Numbered from the whole stretch's first letter, positions 10,298-21,211 are shown. The stretch: 62,384 bases of DNA, filler included, from 5 parts of 5 records of this genome joined end to end with filler, not necessarily neighbours in it, one strand, 5' to 3'. The notes: a model not told the origin generated them from the sequence alone. Numbers and translations: made by a program.

Positions 10298-11206
10298 TCA
10301 CTTGATTTCTATCCTTTGAACTTCACAATCAGATGTTCCTACATATAAATAAGTTCTATGATTGACTTTTGATAGTCCACCAGTGAAAATAACATCTTTT
10401 AAATCGTCACGTTTTGTAGGTCCATCAAGGAAATCTTTTCGCTCTGCAATAAGTTCTAAATCTGTATATGATAAATCATTTGGATTTAGTATAAAACGCA
10501 TGGCATAATAATGACGATTTCCTTCTTCATCAAAACATGCAATATGTCCTAAAACAAAGATACGTCCATCTGCTAATGCATATGCATCATTTGCACCACC
10601 CCATTCATCATCGCTAAACATATCAATGAGTGGTGCATCTTCTATAACTTTTGCACTCACTTCATCAAGTGATGAAAGAGTAGTAAAACCTATTTTGCCA
10701 CGACCACCTTTTTCGCCTTGTGGTCTAGAAAAAACGCCAATACGTCCATCATTTAAATCAACGACTCTCACATCTTTCATATTTTTAGGACCATCAACCC
10801 ATGGTTTAAGTGTTTCCAATGTTTTTCCAATAAATAACTTTGTATACCATTTAGCTGATCCATCTGCTAAAAACTTAACAGATGTTCCACCAAAAACATA
10901 TTGTCCTTGAATCATTGTGATAAATGGATCTTGTAGATCATAGACTGGTAATGTTTGATCTTGATAAAAAATATCATCTTTTTTATAGAAAAAAATGGCT
11001 TTTGAGACTTCACTATCTCTTTTTTCTACTCTTGCAACAATCATTTCTTTATCTTGATAAATAAATGATGCTGTTGGATTATAAATATCGTAATCATCAA
11101 AACCAGCAAAAACTATTTTTTCTGGATTTGATGTTTGATTATTTTTTCTGTGATTTTCTACTAGATTTTGTATAAGTTTAAGATTCATAAGATGACTCCG
11201 TTTCAA
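10298..11206 (-). CDS. DUF1861/MTP-like five-bladed beta-propeller glycoside phosphorylase (likely start ATG at 11188)
   Basis: DIYNPTA, RVEKRDSE, LQDPF, GPKNMKDVRVV, FSRPQG, EWGGAN, DVIFTGG. Confidence 0.75.
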   Translation of the reverse strand: MKRSHLMNLKLIQNLVENHRKNNQTSNPEKIVFAGFDDYDIYNPTASFIYQDKEMIVARVEKRDSEVSKAIFFYKKDDIFYQDQTLPVYDLQDPFITMIQGQYVFGGTSVKFLADGSAKWYTKLFIGKTLETLKPWVDGPKNMKDVRVVDLNDGRIGVFSRPQGEKGGRGKIGFTTLSSLDEVSAKVIEDAPLIDMFSDDEWGGANDAYALADGRIFVLGHIACFDEEGNRHYYAMRFILNPNDLSYTDLELIAERKDFLDGPTKRDDLKDVIFTGGLSKVNHRTYLYVGTSDCEVQRIEIK

Positions 11207-12239
11207 ATAATTCTAATAATTTTTCTTTGTTGATAGCAACACTTGCTATTTTATCATCAGCAGCACCATAATAAACGATATATTCACCGTTTTTTTCAAC
11301 TAATCCACATGTAAAGACGACATTTTGATAAAACCCGTTTTTTTCATATGTTTCATCTGGTGTTAATAAAGGATCTTTTAGGATATGAGTGATTTTATAA
11401 GGTTTTTCTAAATTTGTTAAAAAAGCACTTAACACATAACGATCACTTTGATCAGCTGCATGATAAATATGTAACCATCCTTTTTCTGTCTTTATAGGAG
11501 GGGCACCAGCACCAAGTCTTCCTTTTTGCCATGATATCTTTCCATCAACACTTAATAAACATTGGTGTCCACCAAAGTTTTTCAAGTCAGGTGAGCTAGA
11601 TATCCACATATTAGGCATACCGATAGCACTTGGTACTGGTCGATGAATTAAATAATATTTATCATTAATCTTTTCAGGAAATAAAACAACATCTTTATTC
11701 TCTGGCGGGAGAATGACCCCAAGGTGTTCAAAAGTTTTAAAATCTTTTGTTTTAATCATAGATGGACATACACCAAGGGGTGAAATTGCTGCGTAAGTGA
11801 TATAGTATGTATCATCGATACATACAATTCTAGGATCTTCAATGCCCCATGTTTCATACATTCCTTGTGGTATGATTGTTGGTTTAACATCAACTTTAAA
11901 GTTAATGCCATCTGTTGACTCTGCTAATCTAAAATGAGAGATAGATGTTAAATATTTAACATATTTACCTTCTTTAACGACTCTTTTGTCTTGATAATCA
12001 TAGATATCAACATGAGGATCAATCACTGTCTTTTCAAATTCACCTTTGTGATTGATTGTTGGAATATTAAGTTTGTGATTGTTCGATTTATATTTTTCTG
12101 CAACTCTAAGTAATAACATGGTTTTTCCATCATAAGTTGCAACACCTGCATTAAATACACCAATCACTTCCATATCATCTTGAGATGGCGTAATATCTTT
12201 AATTGTAATTAATGGATTTGCTTCGTTTCTTTTTATCAT
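11178..12239 (-). CDS. GH130-family glycoside (beta-mannoside) phosphorylase
   Basis: GVFNAGV, WGIEDPRI, ENKDVVLFPEKI, HRP, GAGAPPIKTEKGWL.IYH, NVVFTCG, YYGAAD. Confidence 0.88.
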   Translation of the reverse strand: MIKRNEANPLITIKDITPSQDDMEVIGVFNAGVATYDGKTMLLLRVAEKYKSNNHKLNIPTINHKGEFEKTVIDPHVDIYDYQDKRVVKEGKYVKYLTSISHFRLAESTDGINFKVDVKPTIIPQGMYETWGIEDPRIVCIDDTYYITYAAISPLGVCPSMIKTKDFKTFEHLGVILPPENKDVVLFPEKINDKYYLIHRPVPSAIGMPNMWISSSPDLKNFGGHQCLLSVDGKISWQKGRLGAGAPPIKTEKGWLHIYHAADQSDRYVLSAFLTNLEKPYKITHILKDPLLTPDETYEKNGFYQNVVFTCGLVEKNGEYIVYYGAADDKIASVAINKEKLLELFETESSYES

Positions 12240-12254
12240 AAGGATGAGGCCTTT

Positions 12255-14189
12255 CTACTCAAGTTTTAGTCGAATTGATGTTTTATCACTTAAACCTGAT
12301 GTTGTTTCTATATATATTTTAAATGTGTATGAGCCAGTATTAAATAGACTAGCATCAATGATCACATCATCAATATCATTAAATGTAAATGCTTGATCAT
12401 TTACATTGATGATAATATGTTTAATCGTATCACTATCATTGGTATTTACATATGATAGTTCAATTTTCCCATCGTCTTCAATGGTTTCATTCGCTTCATA
12501 ATTTGATACTTTAATTGTCACTTGATCACGTGCAATCACTTGATCATTTGCTACATATGATTGGTTATGATATACGACATCAATATCTGATGGGATTTCA
12601 TAAATAACAACTGAATCTCCGCTTGCTATGTCAAGTTTTACTTCACCAGTGACTTGAGTTGCAATCACTTCTTTAGACACAGCATCAAACAAATCAACGG
12701 CAGTATCACTTGATATCTCATAAGTAACTTTTTTATCTTTACCATATGGATTATATAGCATATATGCATCATAGAGTAAATCTAGCGGATCATCTTGATT
12801 AAGATCAATTTTTAATATGGCTTCAACATTTGTCTTTTCAAATGTTGATGCAAACATACCCAAATGTGCACCACTATATAATGAAAAATCAGTCATTGCC
12901 CAATCGTAAGCAACAGGATCTCCACCAAAATAAGGCGTTTTACTATCATATTGTTTTCTAATACCTTCAAAAGGGATTACACTATCAGAAGATTCGATAA
13001 AACTATCATAACCTAATCCAGATGATTGATTGTCTTCATCTGTTTGATCACTAAAGAAATATCTAGCATTACTCACGGTGTTTAACACCCATTTGCCAAT
13101 ACTTGATGCATATCTAGGATCATATTTGGCCACACTAGAGATATTGTAGACTGCACTATATGTATTCATTGAAAATGCATATCCTCCGCCATCACTAATG
13201 CTTCCCATGAGACCATTTACTTCATAATCTCCCCATGTGCCAACTGTTGATCCCCAACCACCTCTTGGAATAGAGGTACCATCAAATATATCATTGATAT
13301 ATGTTAAGATATCAAAATCAGCATCATAGAGTAGGTTGAATTTAGCAGCTAAACTTGGGGCGAAATACAATAGTATTTCATACATTGGACTTCCAAAAAA
13401 ATCTTCAGCATAAAGTAGTAAATCAAAAGCTGCATCTAAATATTTTTGGTTTTGCGTTAATAAGTATCCGTTATAAAATAACACTGCCATACCTACTGAA
13501 CTATCAGGTTCTTGCCATATACCATTTTGATAAGGTTGGTGGGTTAAAAAGTTAAATCCTGTAGTATTATATAAATCATCAGTATCACGCATAACTAAAT
13601 AAGCTTGATACCAACTTTCTATATTTTCTAAATTATGGTCATATATATCCTCATATTCTGGATAAAGCATGGATGCTTCACTATATAAAATACCAGGATA
13701 CAATAAATACCACATCGATGTTGTCACAGATGATCCATTTGGATTATTTGTGACAATTTTTTCATCATCGTTATAAAATATGTCAATTGCTTTGACATAG
13801 TCGATACCATCTTGATTGGTTTTATCAATATTCAGTTTTTTCGCACTGATGATAGACGCAATATATGTGACTGCTTCTTGTGTACCGTCAATCCCATAAC
13901 GATAATCTCCAACATATGCACTTATGCCATAACCATCATAAGTCTCATCCTCCCAAATTAATGGAAGAAAAGAACCTTCAAGGCTTTGATTGAAAACAAG
14001 TTCATCAAAGCCTTGTGCACGACTTTCATAGTCGATGAGTTCATAATCACTTGGCATCGTTTGATCATAGCGATTCACACGATTAAAAGTTTTTTGAAAT
14101 GAAGGTTCTAAAGCTTCTGAGGTCTTACATCCTACTAAAAATATGATTTGACATAATGAAATTGTTAGAATGAAGATCTTCTTTTTCAT
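12255..14189 (-). CDS. Lipoprotein, putative glycoside hydrolase-like protein of the sugar cluster
   Basis: Lipobox LVGC; aromatic/acidic-rich 644 aa; function inferred from context only. Confidence 0.5.
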   Translation of the reverse strand: MKKKIFILTISLCQIIFLVGCKTSEALEPSFQKTFNRVNRYDQTMPSDYELIDYESRAQGFDELVFNQSLEGSFLPLIWEDETYDGYGISAYVGDYRYGIDGTQEAVTYIASIISAKKLNIDKTNQDGIDYVKAIDIFYNDDEKIVTNNPNGSSVTTSMWYLLYPGILYSEASMLYPEYEDIYDHNLENIESWYQAYLVMRDTDDLYNTTGFNFLTHQPYQNGIWQEPDSSVGMAVLFYNGYLLTQNQKYLDAAFDLLLYAEDFFGSPMYEILLYFAPSLAAKFNLLYDADFDILTYINDIFDGTSIPRGGWGSTVGTWGDYEVNGLMGSISDGGGYAFSMNTYSAVYNISSVAKYDPRYASSIGKWVLNTVSNARYFFSDQTDEDNQSSGLGYDSFIESSDSVIPFEGIRKQYDSKTPYFGGDPVAYDWAMTDFSLYSGAHLGMFASTFEKTNVEAILKIDLNQDDPLDLLYDAYMLYNPYGKDKKVTYEISSDTAVDLFDAVSKEVIATQVTGEVKLDIASGDSVVIYEIPSDIDVVYHNQSYVANDQVIARDQVTIKVSNYEANETIEDDGKIELSYVNTNDSDTIKHIIINVNDQAFTFNDIDDVIIDASLFNTGSYTFKIYIETTSGLSDKTSIRLKLE

Positions 14190-14191
14190 AA

Positions 14192-14462
14192 TTATTTTGT
14201 ATTAATGACAAATAGTTGAGATACAGATACAGTTGCAGTTGGTCCACCCGCTGCAAAAATCCATAAAGTACCTGTTACTTCTTCACCATAAAGTGAGATA
14301 AAGTCTTCACCTAATTGAGTACGTAGGTCAACACCTGCATATTTATTCCATTTAAAGCTATTGTCTTCAAATAAGTAATAACCCCATTCACCTGTTTCAT
14401 CAACATTATCAGGTACAAATTTCATACCCCAATTTGATCCATCTGGTGATTCATAAATTTGT
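14192..14462 (-). CDS. 3' end of a gene truncated by the contig edge (probable extracellular protein)
   Basis: Reading frame stays open from the stop at 14192 to the spacer. Confidence 0.6.
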
Positions 14463-14562
14463 NNNNNNNNNNNNNNNNNNNNNNNNNNNNNNNNNNNNNN
14501 NNNNNNTTAATTAATTAANNNNNNNNNNNNNNNNNNNNNNNNNNNNNNNNNNNNNNNNNNNN
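14463..14562. other. Artificial contig spacer
   Basis: N44-TTAATTAATTAA-N44 (stop codons in all six frames). Confidence 0.98.
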
Positions 14563-14564
14563 AA

Positions 14565-15329
14565 AAACACCGGGAGAAAATATCAGCTTTGACAGCATAT
14601 GATTATGTCTTTGGGTATTTGCTGGACCAGGCTGGAATTGATATTGTACTTGTTGGCGATTCCGGAGCCATGGTGGCTGCCGGACATCAAACAACACTAC
14701 CTTTTACAATGGATGAAGCTCTATACCATTGCAAAGCTGTCAGGCGTGCTGTTAAACGGGCGCTACTGGTTGTGGATATGCCATTTTTGTCCTATCAGGT
14801 TTCCGTAAATAAAGCCGTCTATAATGCGGGGCAATTTTTTAAACAAGTTGAGGTTGACGCAGTTAAACTTGAGGGCGGCCGGACCATTTCAAAAGCAGTG
14901 AATAAAATTGTCAGGGCTGGAATGCCGGTAATGGGGCATTTAGGTTTGACACCACAATCCATAAGACAGTTTGGCGGGTATAAGGTTCAGGGCAGGACAA
15001 ATGAAGCCGCGCAACAGTTGATTGATGATGCCCTGGCACTCGAGGATGCAGGTGTTTTTTCTATTGTTTTGGAAAAGATACCTTCTACATTAGCTAAAAA
15101 GATTACGGAAAAGTTGACAATTCCAACCATTGGCATTGGTGCTGGTAATGATTGTGATGGACAAATTCTGGTTTCTTATGATATGTTGGGATTGTTCGAG
15201 AGATTTCAGCCAAAATTTGCAAGACGTTATGCTGAATTGGCCCTAACTGTAAAAAATGCATGTAAAACATATAGCGACGACGTAAAGTCAGGTTCTTTTC
15301 CCAATGAAGATGAGAGTTATTCAAGTTAA
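14565..15329 (+). CDS. panB: 3-methyl-2-oxobutanoate hydroxymethyltransferase, 5'-truncated
   Basis: LTAYDY, VLVGDS, VVDMPFLSY, VKLEGG, GHLGLTPQS; frame open back to the contig start. Confidence 0.95.
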   Translation, partial: KHREKISALTAYDYVFGYLLDQAGIDIVLVGDSGAMVAAGHQTTLPFTMDEALYHCKAVRRAVKRALLVVDMPFLSYQVSVNKAVYNAGQFFKQVEVDAVKLEGGRTISKAVNKIVRAGMPVMGHLGLTPQSIRQFGGYKVQGRTNEAAQQLIDDALALEDAGVFSIVLEKIPSTLAKKITEKLTIPTIGIGAGNDCDGQILVSYDMLGLFERFQPKFARRYAELALTVKNACKTYSDDVKSGSFPNEDESYSS

Positions 15330-15358
15330 AGATCGATTTAAAGGCCAAGATTGACAAC

Positions 15359-16207
15359 ATGGAAATTATTGCAACCAATAGAGAGATGCAAGCCAGGGCT
15401 AACCTGTTACGTCAACAAGGAAAGCGAATTGTCCTGGTGCCTACCATGGGTTATTTGCATGAAGGCCATCTTAGTCTTATTCGACGCGCCCGTGCGTGTG
15501 GTGATGTTGTTGTGGTCAGCATTTATGTGAATCCAACTCAGTTTGGTCCGCAGGAAGATTTTGAACAATATCCCAGAGACTTTAAGCGGGATGAGAAACT
15601 GGCAGCCGAATCAGGTACGGATATCATTTTTGCTCCAACAAATTCAGAAATGTATCCGGAAAATTTTCAGACTTTTGTTCAGGTTGAAAAAGTGACTCAG
15701 GGATTGTGTGGTGCTTCGAGACCTGTTCATTTCAGAGGTGTTGCTACGATAGTGACCAAATTATTTCATATCGTTAAACCACATGTTGCTGTTTTTGGTC
15801 AAAAAGATGCTCAGCAATCTGTTGTGATAAAGCAAATGGTTGCTGATTTGAATATGGACATTGATATTGAAGTGGCGGATATCGTTAGAGAGCCGGATGG
15901 TGTTGCCATGAGTTCCCGTAACAAGTATCTGTCGCCGGAAGAACGCAAAACAGCAACTATTCTTTACTCAGCTCTTTTATCTGCCCGAAAAATGATTGAG
16001 AACGGAAATCTTGATTCAGCAAAGGTGAAAGAGACCATAGTGAGTATGATTGAATCTGCACCAGGTAGTAAAATTGACTATGTTGAAATTACAGATGCCA
16101 GTAATATGCAGCCTGTTGATGTCATACATGGTGATGTTTTTATTGCCCTGGCAGTGTATTTTGGCAAAACAAGACTTTTAGATAATATAAAAATAAGGTC
16201 CCTCTAA
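15359..16207 (+). CDS. panC: Pantoate--beta-alanine ligase
   Basis: VPTMGYLHEGHLSL, VNPTQFGP, RPVHFRGV, FGQKDAQQ, AMSSRN. Confidence 0.96.
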   Translation: MEIIATNREMQARANLLRQQGKRIVLVPTMGYLHEGHLSLIRRARACGDVVVVSIYVNPTQFGPQEDFEQYPRDFKRDEKLAAESGTDIIFAPTNSEMYPENFQTFVQVEKVTQGLCGASRPVHFRGVATIVTKLFHIVKPHVAVFGQKDAQQSVVIKQMVADLNMDIDIEVADIVREPDGVAMSSRNKYLSPEERKTATILYSALLSARKMIENGNLDSAKVKETIVSMIESAPGSKIDYVEITDASNMQPVDVIHGDVFIALAVYFGKTRLLDNIKIRSL

Positions 16208-16444
16208 AATAAGTTGAATAATATTATTTTTTGAGAGTTTATTAGTATAGAGAATCCATTTGCAATTCCACTATTCTCGGATGAATTGAACCTTTTAGGT
16301 GTTCGTTCGTTAATAATATAAAAAGAGATGCTAAAAAGTTTAATTAAATTTAAAATATCTGTTGATTTTCAATCAATTTTTGTTGATATTTTATAGTAGG
16401 TTAATAACAATATGATGGCCAACCTCGAGGAGGTGAGATAAAGA

Positions 16445-16915
16445 ATGAAACGAATTTTGCTCATTACTTTGATGGTCATTACTCCGATTGTCGCAATCGC
16501 GCAATTCAAGACTTCAAAGAACGAAAAAGCGATCACAAATCAATTAAGAAATTTAGGCAGTGCAGGTCAAAATGTAGTCGGTATTCTCGGCCTCGATCCT
16601 TCACGGCTGCACATTTCTCATTCTTATCAAATGGGTTATATGTCGACAGGTGGACAGGGATTTAGTCAGGGCGTTTATCTTAATACCCTAACCTACCAGT
16701 TCACCATGCCAGTCACAATAGCCTTTCAGTGGGGAATGGCTCACCAACCTGGTGCTGGAAATGGAGCGCCTTTTCTTCAGAATGGTTTGTTTGTTTCCGG
16801 TGCGCAGCTTAGATATCAGCCCAAAGAGAATCTATTTATTGAATTGAATTATTCGCAAAATCCCAATTCGTATTATTACAATTCTTACTATCGAAATAGA
16901 TTCGGCATGTGGTAA
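16445..16915 (+). CDS. Exported hypothetical protein (possible small beta-strand outer-membrane protein)
   Basis: RBS GGAGG; signal peptide; alternating aromatic beta-strand pattern. Confidence 0.65.
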   Translation: MKRILLITLMVITPIVAIAQFKTSKNEKAITNQLRNLGSAGQNVVGILGLDPSRLHISHSYQMGYMSTGGQGFSQGVYLNTLTYQFTMPVTIAFQWGMAHQPGAGNGAPFLQNGLFVSGAQLRYQPKENLFIELNYSQNPNSYYYNSYYRNRFGMW

Positions 16916-17061
16916 TGGACAAATACCCATAAAAGGATCAATGGAGCCAGGAAGCATCTCCCTGGTGGGATTGACCTTTTTATTGGCGTCTGGTAATGTG
17001 ATTAAACGTCTTTATTATAAAATTTGATAACAGAGTATCCTATCCAAGTGAGGGGAGATAA

Positions 17062-17613
17062 TTGAACCGGAGAACCGTAAAACCAAGAGGAACTGTTCAG
17101 CGTAAAAGTAGCAAAAAGACAACAAGGAAACCTGCGCAGAAAAAGAAAGCGACATTGGGTCAATTTAAACAGAAATTAAATTCCATGTTTGTCTGGGTTC
17201 TTGTTGTGATAAACGTTGTCCTTATTGCATCAATGGTGCAAAAATTGATCACTGGAACGAATATCCCGGATAGTAATATCGCTGACATCGATTTTAGTGA
17301 GCCCCTCAAAGTTGAAGTATTGAATGGATGCGGTGTCGCTGGTTTGGCAAATGAATTTGCTGAATTCTTAAGAACTGAAAAATTTGATGTTGTTAACGTC
17401 GGAAATGCTCCAGGTAGCGATTTTGATTATGAAAAGTCACTGGTATTTAATCGCAGTCACAAGACAGAAAAAAGAATTAAAAAATTGTGTGATGTTTTAG
17501 GCATTAGTGAAGATAGAATATTAAATATAACCAATGACGCATTACAAACTGACGCCACTTTTATAATCGGACATGATTATACTAAATTGAAATCTTTTAA
17601 GCGTATGCATTGA
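17062..17613 (+). CDS. LytR C-terminal domain-containing protein
   Basis: TM helix then KVEVLNGCGVAGLA..DVVNVGNA..DATFIIGHDY. Confidence 0.8.
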   Translation: MNRRTVKPRGTVQRKSSKKTTRKPAQKKKATLGQFKQKLNSMFVWVLVVINVVLIASMVQKLITGTNIPDSNIADIDFSEPLKVEVLNGCGVAGLANEFAEFLRTEKFDVVNVGNAPGSDFDYEKSLVFNRSHKTEKRIKKLCDVLGISEDRILNITNDALQTDATFIIGHDYTKLKSFKRMH

Positions 17614-17681
17614 TAACGTTTTAATTTAAAAAGATATATCAGGAGAGGTGTTGGAAAAAACAAGAAAAAGTATAATAAGCT

Positions 17682-19001
17682 TTGATGAATTACGTTTTAT
17701 TTTTGTTATATAATGGCATTGTCGTTCCACTCATAATTGTCTTATCCAGAGTCGCGGCGATATTTAATCATAAAGTGGCTTCCGGTTTAAAAGGACGGCA
17801 AAATCTTTTTTCCGATCTTGAAAATCAGGTTAGCAAATTAAATAAAAATTATCCTTTGATTTGGATCCATGTTGCTTCAATGGGGGAATTTGAGCAGGCA
17901 AAACCAGTTATTCGTCAATTAAGAAAAGAGTTTGCACATATAAATATCCTTCTTTCGTTTTTCTCTCCTTCCGGGCTGGTAAATTCACACAATTTTAAGG
18001 AAGCAGATATTATCTGTTACCTACCCGTTGATTCCTATAGACGTACAAAAAAGTTTATAACTCTCATTAATCCTGCTCTTGTACTTATCGTGCGCCATGA
18101 CATTTGGCCCAATTATCAATACCACCTGAAAAGAATGGATATTCCGGTACTCCTGATCGATGGAAGTATTACTGATAAACGAATGAAAAACATTCGTTTT
18201 ATGAAGCCTTTTTATCGCTTTCTTTATGCGAAATTTTCAGAAATTATTACTGTTTCTGAAGAAAATAGCAGACGAATGAAAATGTTTTTTCCTAAAAAGG
18301 AAAACGTTCATGCATGGGGCGACACCAGGTATGACCAGGTCTATTTTCGATGTCTGGAAACCGATAAAATTAAAAACGTGCTAAATAGTAACTATTTTAG
18401 TCGGGATCGGTGTTTTGTAGCCGGAAGTACATGGCCTACTGATGAAAAAGTACTCTTGCCAGTATTAGTAAAATATATAAAAAAATATGGCGATTTTATG
18501 ACCATCATTGCCCCACACGAAACTACACCCCAGCATATTAAAGGCATTGAAACCTTTTTAAAGAATAAAGATATTTCGTTTGTCAGATACTCAGAACTCG
18601 AAGCGGTTTCAAACTGGTCTTTTCGTGTGTTGATAATGGATAAAATAGGCTTATTGGCCAATTTATATGCTCTTTGTCGGCTGGCTTTTGTTGGTGGCGC
18701 TTTCGGCCCCGGCGTTCATAATGTGCTGGAACCTGCCGCGCATGGTTGTGCCGTATTATTTGGTCCACGAAATTCAAATTCTGTTGAAGCACAGGCGCTC
18801 AAATCCAGCAAAGGTGGAGTGGCCATTTATAAACTGGAAGATTTTGAAGGTATTTTGAATAACTTTATAACAAATGTAAGTCAAATACAAGAGATGGGAA
18901 ATTGTGCCAGGCAGTTTGTAATGGAAAACATCGGAGCGAGCAAAAAGATTGTCGGGATTGTCCGCGCTTATTTAGAGAATAGAGAAGTTGAGGAGATATA
19001 A
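17682..19001 (+). CDS. waaA: 3-deoxy-D-manno-octulosonic acid transferase
   Basis: IWIHVASMGEFEQ, SFFSPSG, GDTRYDQV, VAGSTWP, VHNVLEPAAHG. Confidence 0.92.
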   Translation: MMNYVLFLLYNGIVVPLIIVLSRVAAIFNHKVASGLKGRQNLFSDLENQVSKLNKNYPLIWIHVASMGEFEQAKPVIRQLRKEFAHINILLSFFSPSGLVNSHNFKEADIICYLPVDSYRRTKKFITLINPALVLIVRHDIWPNYQYHLKRMDIPVLLIDGSITDKRMKNIRFMKPFYRFLYAKFSEIITVSEENSRRMKMFFPKKENVHAWGDTRYDQVYFRCLETDKIKNVLNSNYFSRDRCFVAGSTWPTDEKVLLPVLVKYIKKYGDFMTIIAPHETTPQHIKGIETFLKNKDISFVRYSELEAVSNWSFRVLIMDKIGLLANLYALCRLAFVGGAFGPGVHNVLEPAAHGCAVLFGPRNSNSVEAQALKSSKGGVAIYKLEDFEGILNNFITNVSQIQEMGNCARQFVMENIGASKKIVGIVRAYLENREVEEI

Positions 19002-20047
19002 TGGATGATATTCACGCCATACAGTGGTGTAATGGAAAGGTTCGAGTTTTAGATCAGACACAGTTGCCAAATGAATTGGTTTTACTGGAAATTAGTGATT
19101 ATAAAGGGATTGTTAATTGTATTAAAAGCATGAACGTTCGTGGTGCACCTGCCATTGGCATTGCTGCTGCTTTTGGTGTGGTTCTTTCTGTCTGGTACGC
19201 TGATGAGGTCGATCGGGCTGGTTTTTTAGATTCGGCAAATGAAGCTATCAACGCTATCAAGGAAACCCGCCCTACTGCCAAGAATTTGTTTTGGGCTTTG
19301 GAAAAAATGCGCCTGGCTTTATCCAGGAATTTAAACAGACCACTAAAAGAGATTAAATTGTCATTACTTAAAGAAGCGCAAAGTATCCTGGAAGATGATA
19401 TTGAGCGATGCCGAAAGATCGGCAAATTTGGAGCGGACTTGTTACCCATGAGATGCACTGTACTGACTCATTGTAATGCCGGCGCCCTGGCTACCGGAGG
19501 TTATGGCACGGCGCTTGGTGTTGTTCGTGCCGGAATTGAAGCAGGTAAAAAAATCAAAGTTTATGCTGATGAAACAAGACCTCTCTTGCAAGGATCACGA
19601 CTGACGGCTTTTGAACTTTTGGAGGATGATGTCGATGTAACGGTTATTGCCGATAATGCGGCCGCGACTGTCATGAAACAAGGATTGGTGAACGCTGTTA
19701 TTGTTGGGGCAGATCGAATTGCCAGCAATGGCGATGTCGCGAATAAGATTGGTACTTACGCATTAGCTGTTTTAGCTAAAGAACATGACATTCCGTTTTA
19801 TGTTGCAGCACCACTTTCAACATGTGACTTTGATATCGCCAGTGGTCAAGACATTCCCATAGAGGAAAGAGACAAGGAAGAAATATTGAAAATTGGTAAT
19901 ATGTACACGGCTCCCAAAGAAGTCAAAGTCTACAATCCTGCTTTTGATGTGACACCACATCACTACATTGATGCTATTTTTACAGATAACGGTGTTCTGA
20001 GACCACCGTTTAATGAAACATTAAAAGAGATGAAAAATAAAACTTGA
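19001..20047 (+). CDS. mtnA: S-methyl-5-thioribose-1-phosphate isomerase
   Basis: VRGAPAIG, RPTA.NL, THCNAGALAT, DETRPLLQGSRLT, GADRIA.NGD.ANKIGTY. Confidence 0.94.
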   Translation: MDDIHAIQWCNGKVRVLDQTQLPNELVLLEISDYKGIVNCIKSMNVRGAPAIGIAAAFGVVLSVWYADEVDRAGFLDSANEAINAIKETRPTAKNLFWALEKMRLALSRNLNRPLKEIKLSLLKEAQSILEDDIERCRKIGKFGADLLPMRCTVLTHCNAGALATGGYGTALGVVRAGIEAGKKIKVYADETRPLLQGSRLTAFELLEDDVDVTVIADNAAATVMKQGLVNAVIVGADRIASNGDVANKIGTYALAVLAKEHDIPFYVAAPLSTCDFDIASGQDIPIEERDKEEILKIGNMYTAPKEVKVYNPAFDVTPHHYIDAIFTDNGVLRPPFNETLKEMKNKT

Positions 20048-20113
20048 TTCACAAAGAAATTTAGCTTATATTTGTCACAATTTTACAAAAATATTAAAGT
20101 CTAGGAGAATAGA

Positions 20114-21211
20114 ATGAAAGCTAGAAAATTTGTCACTGTATTACTCATTTTGTCTTTCGCAGCTATTTTGCTCGTTGCTTGTCAGACCAAAGAGCTGACT
20201 TCAGCTAAAGTCTATATCCAGCAAGATAATTGGGCGAAAGCAAAAGAACAGCTTCAACTGGCTGTACAGAATTATCCAAACGATCCGGAAGCCCAGTACC
20301 TGTTAGGTGAGGCATATGCAAAAGAGAGCAATTGGACGGAAATGAATAAAGCCTTTAATAAATCCTTAGAGATTGCTCCAAAGTTTGAGACTCAAATTAC
20401 CAATGCTCGCGAAAAAGCGTGGGTAACCACTTTTAATGCTGGTGTTGTAAAAGTGAATGCTAATGACAATGATGGTGCTGTCAGTAATTTCAAAGACTGT
20501 CTGCTCATCAATCCCAAGAGAATTGAGACTTATAAGAACCTGGCAGTCACCTATATGCGCACATCAAATTACGAGGAAGCTGAGAAAATTTACCGCCAGG
20601 CTCTGGAAGTTGCACCAAATGATTTAGAAATTATGCAAAACCTCGTACAGGTACTATTTGAACTTAAAAAATACGATGAGATTGTAGAACTGGAAAAGAA
20701 AATCATCGAATCAGATCCTAATAATGTAGATGCGGTTGTTAATATTGCTTTGGCTTATGATTTGCTTGGTCAAAAAGATGATGCGCAAGCCGCTTATGAA
20801 AAAGCTTTGCAAAAAAACCCGAATGACAAAGATCTTCTTTTCAATCTGGGGCGGTTGAATTTTATCAATAATGACTATGATAAAGCTATTGAACTTTTTT
20901 CCAAAGTTATTTCAATTAATCCGGATGACTATGACTCAAATCTGAATGTTGGAAATGCCTATCTCACAATGGGTGATAACTTTCGTAAAAATTTAGTCAA
21001 AAAAGAGACTGAAGGTGCCAATATTGAAGAGAGCGATTATGACAAGTTGAAGGATTTTTACAAACAAGCTATTCCTTATCTGGAAAAAGCAGTTTCAATA
21101 AAGGACGATAACGCCAATATCTGGAATAACCTTGGTGTTGCCTATGTAAATATCGGTGAAGCTGAAAAAGGTCAAGACGCTTTTAAAAAGGCAGAAGAAC
21201 TTAAACAGTAA
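20114..21211 (+). CDS. TPR-repeat lipoprotein
   Basis: Lipobox LVAC; multiple TPR units (AYEKALQKNPND, NNLGVAY). Confidence 0.85.
   Translation: MKARKFVTVLLILSFAAILLVACQTKELTSAKVYIQQDNWAKAKEQLQLAVQNYPNDPEAQYLLGEAYAKESNWTEMNKAFNKSLEIAPKFETQITNAREKAWVTTFNAGVVKVNANDNDGAVSNFKDCLLINPKRIETYKNLAVTYMRTSNYEEAEKIYRQALEVAPNDLEIMQNLVQVLFELKKYDEIVELEKKIIESDPNNVDAVVNIALAYDLLGQKDDAQAAYEKALQKNPNDKDLLFNLGRLNFINNDYDKAIELFSKVISINPDDYDSNLNVGNAYLTMGDNFRKNLVKKETEGANIEESDYDKLKDFYKQAIPYLEKAVSIKDDNANIWNNLGVAYVNIGEAEKGQDAFKKAEELKQ

Noticed and set aside
14507-14518. TTAATTAATTAA repeated four times
   Set aside because: Artificial all-frame-stop linker inside N padding, not a biological repeat
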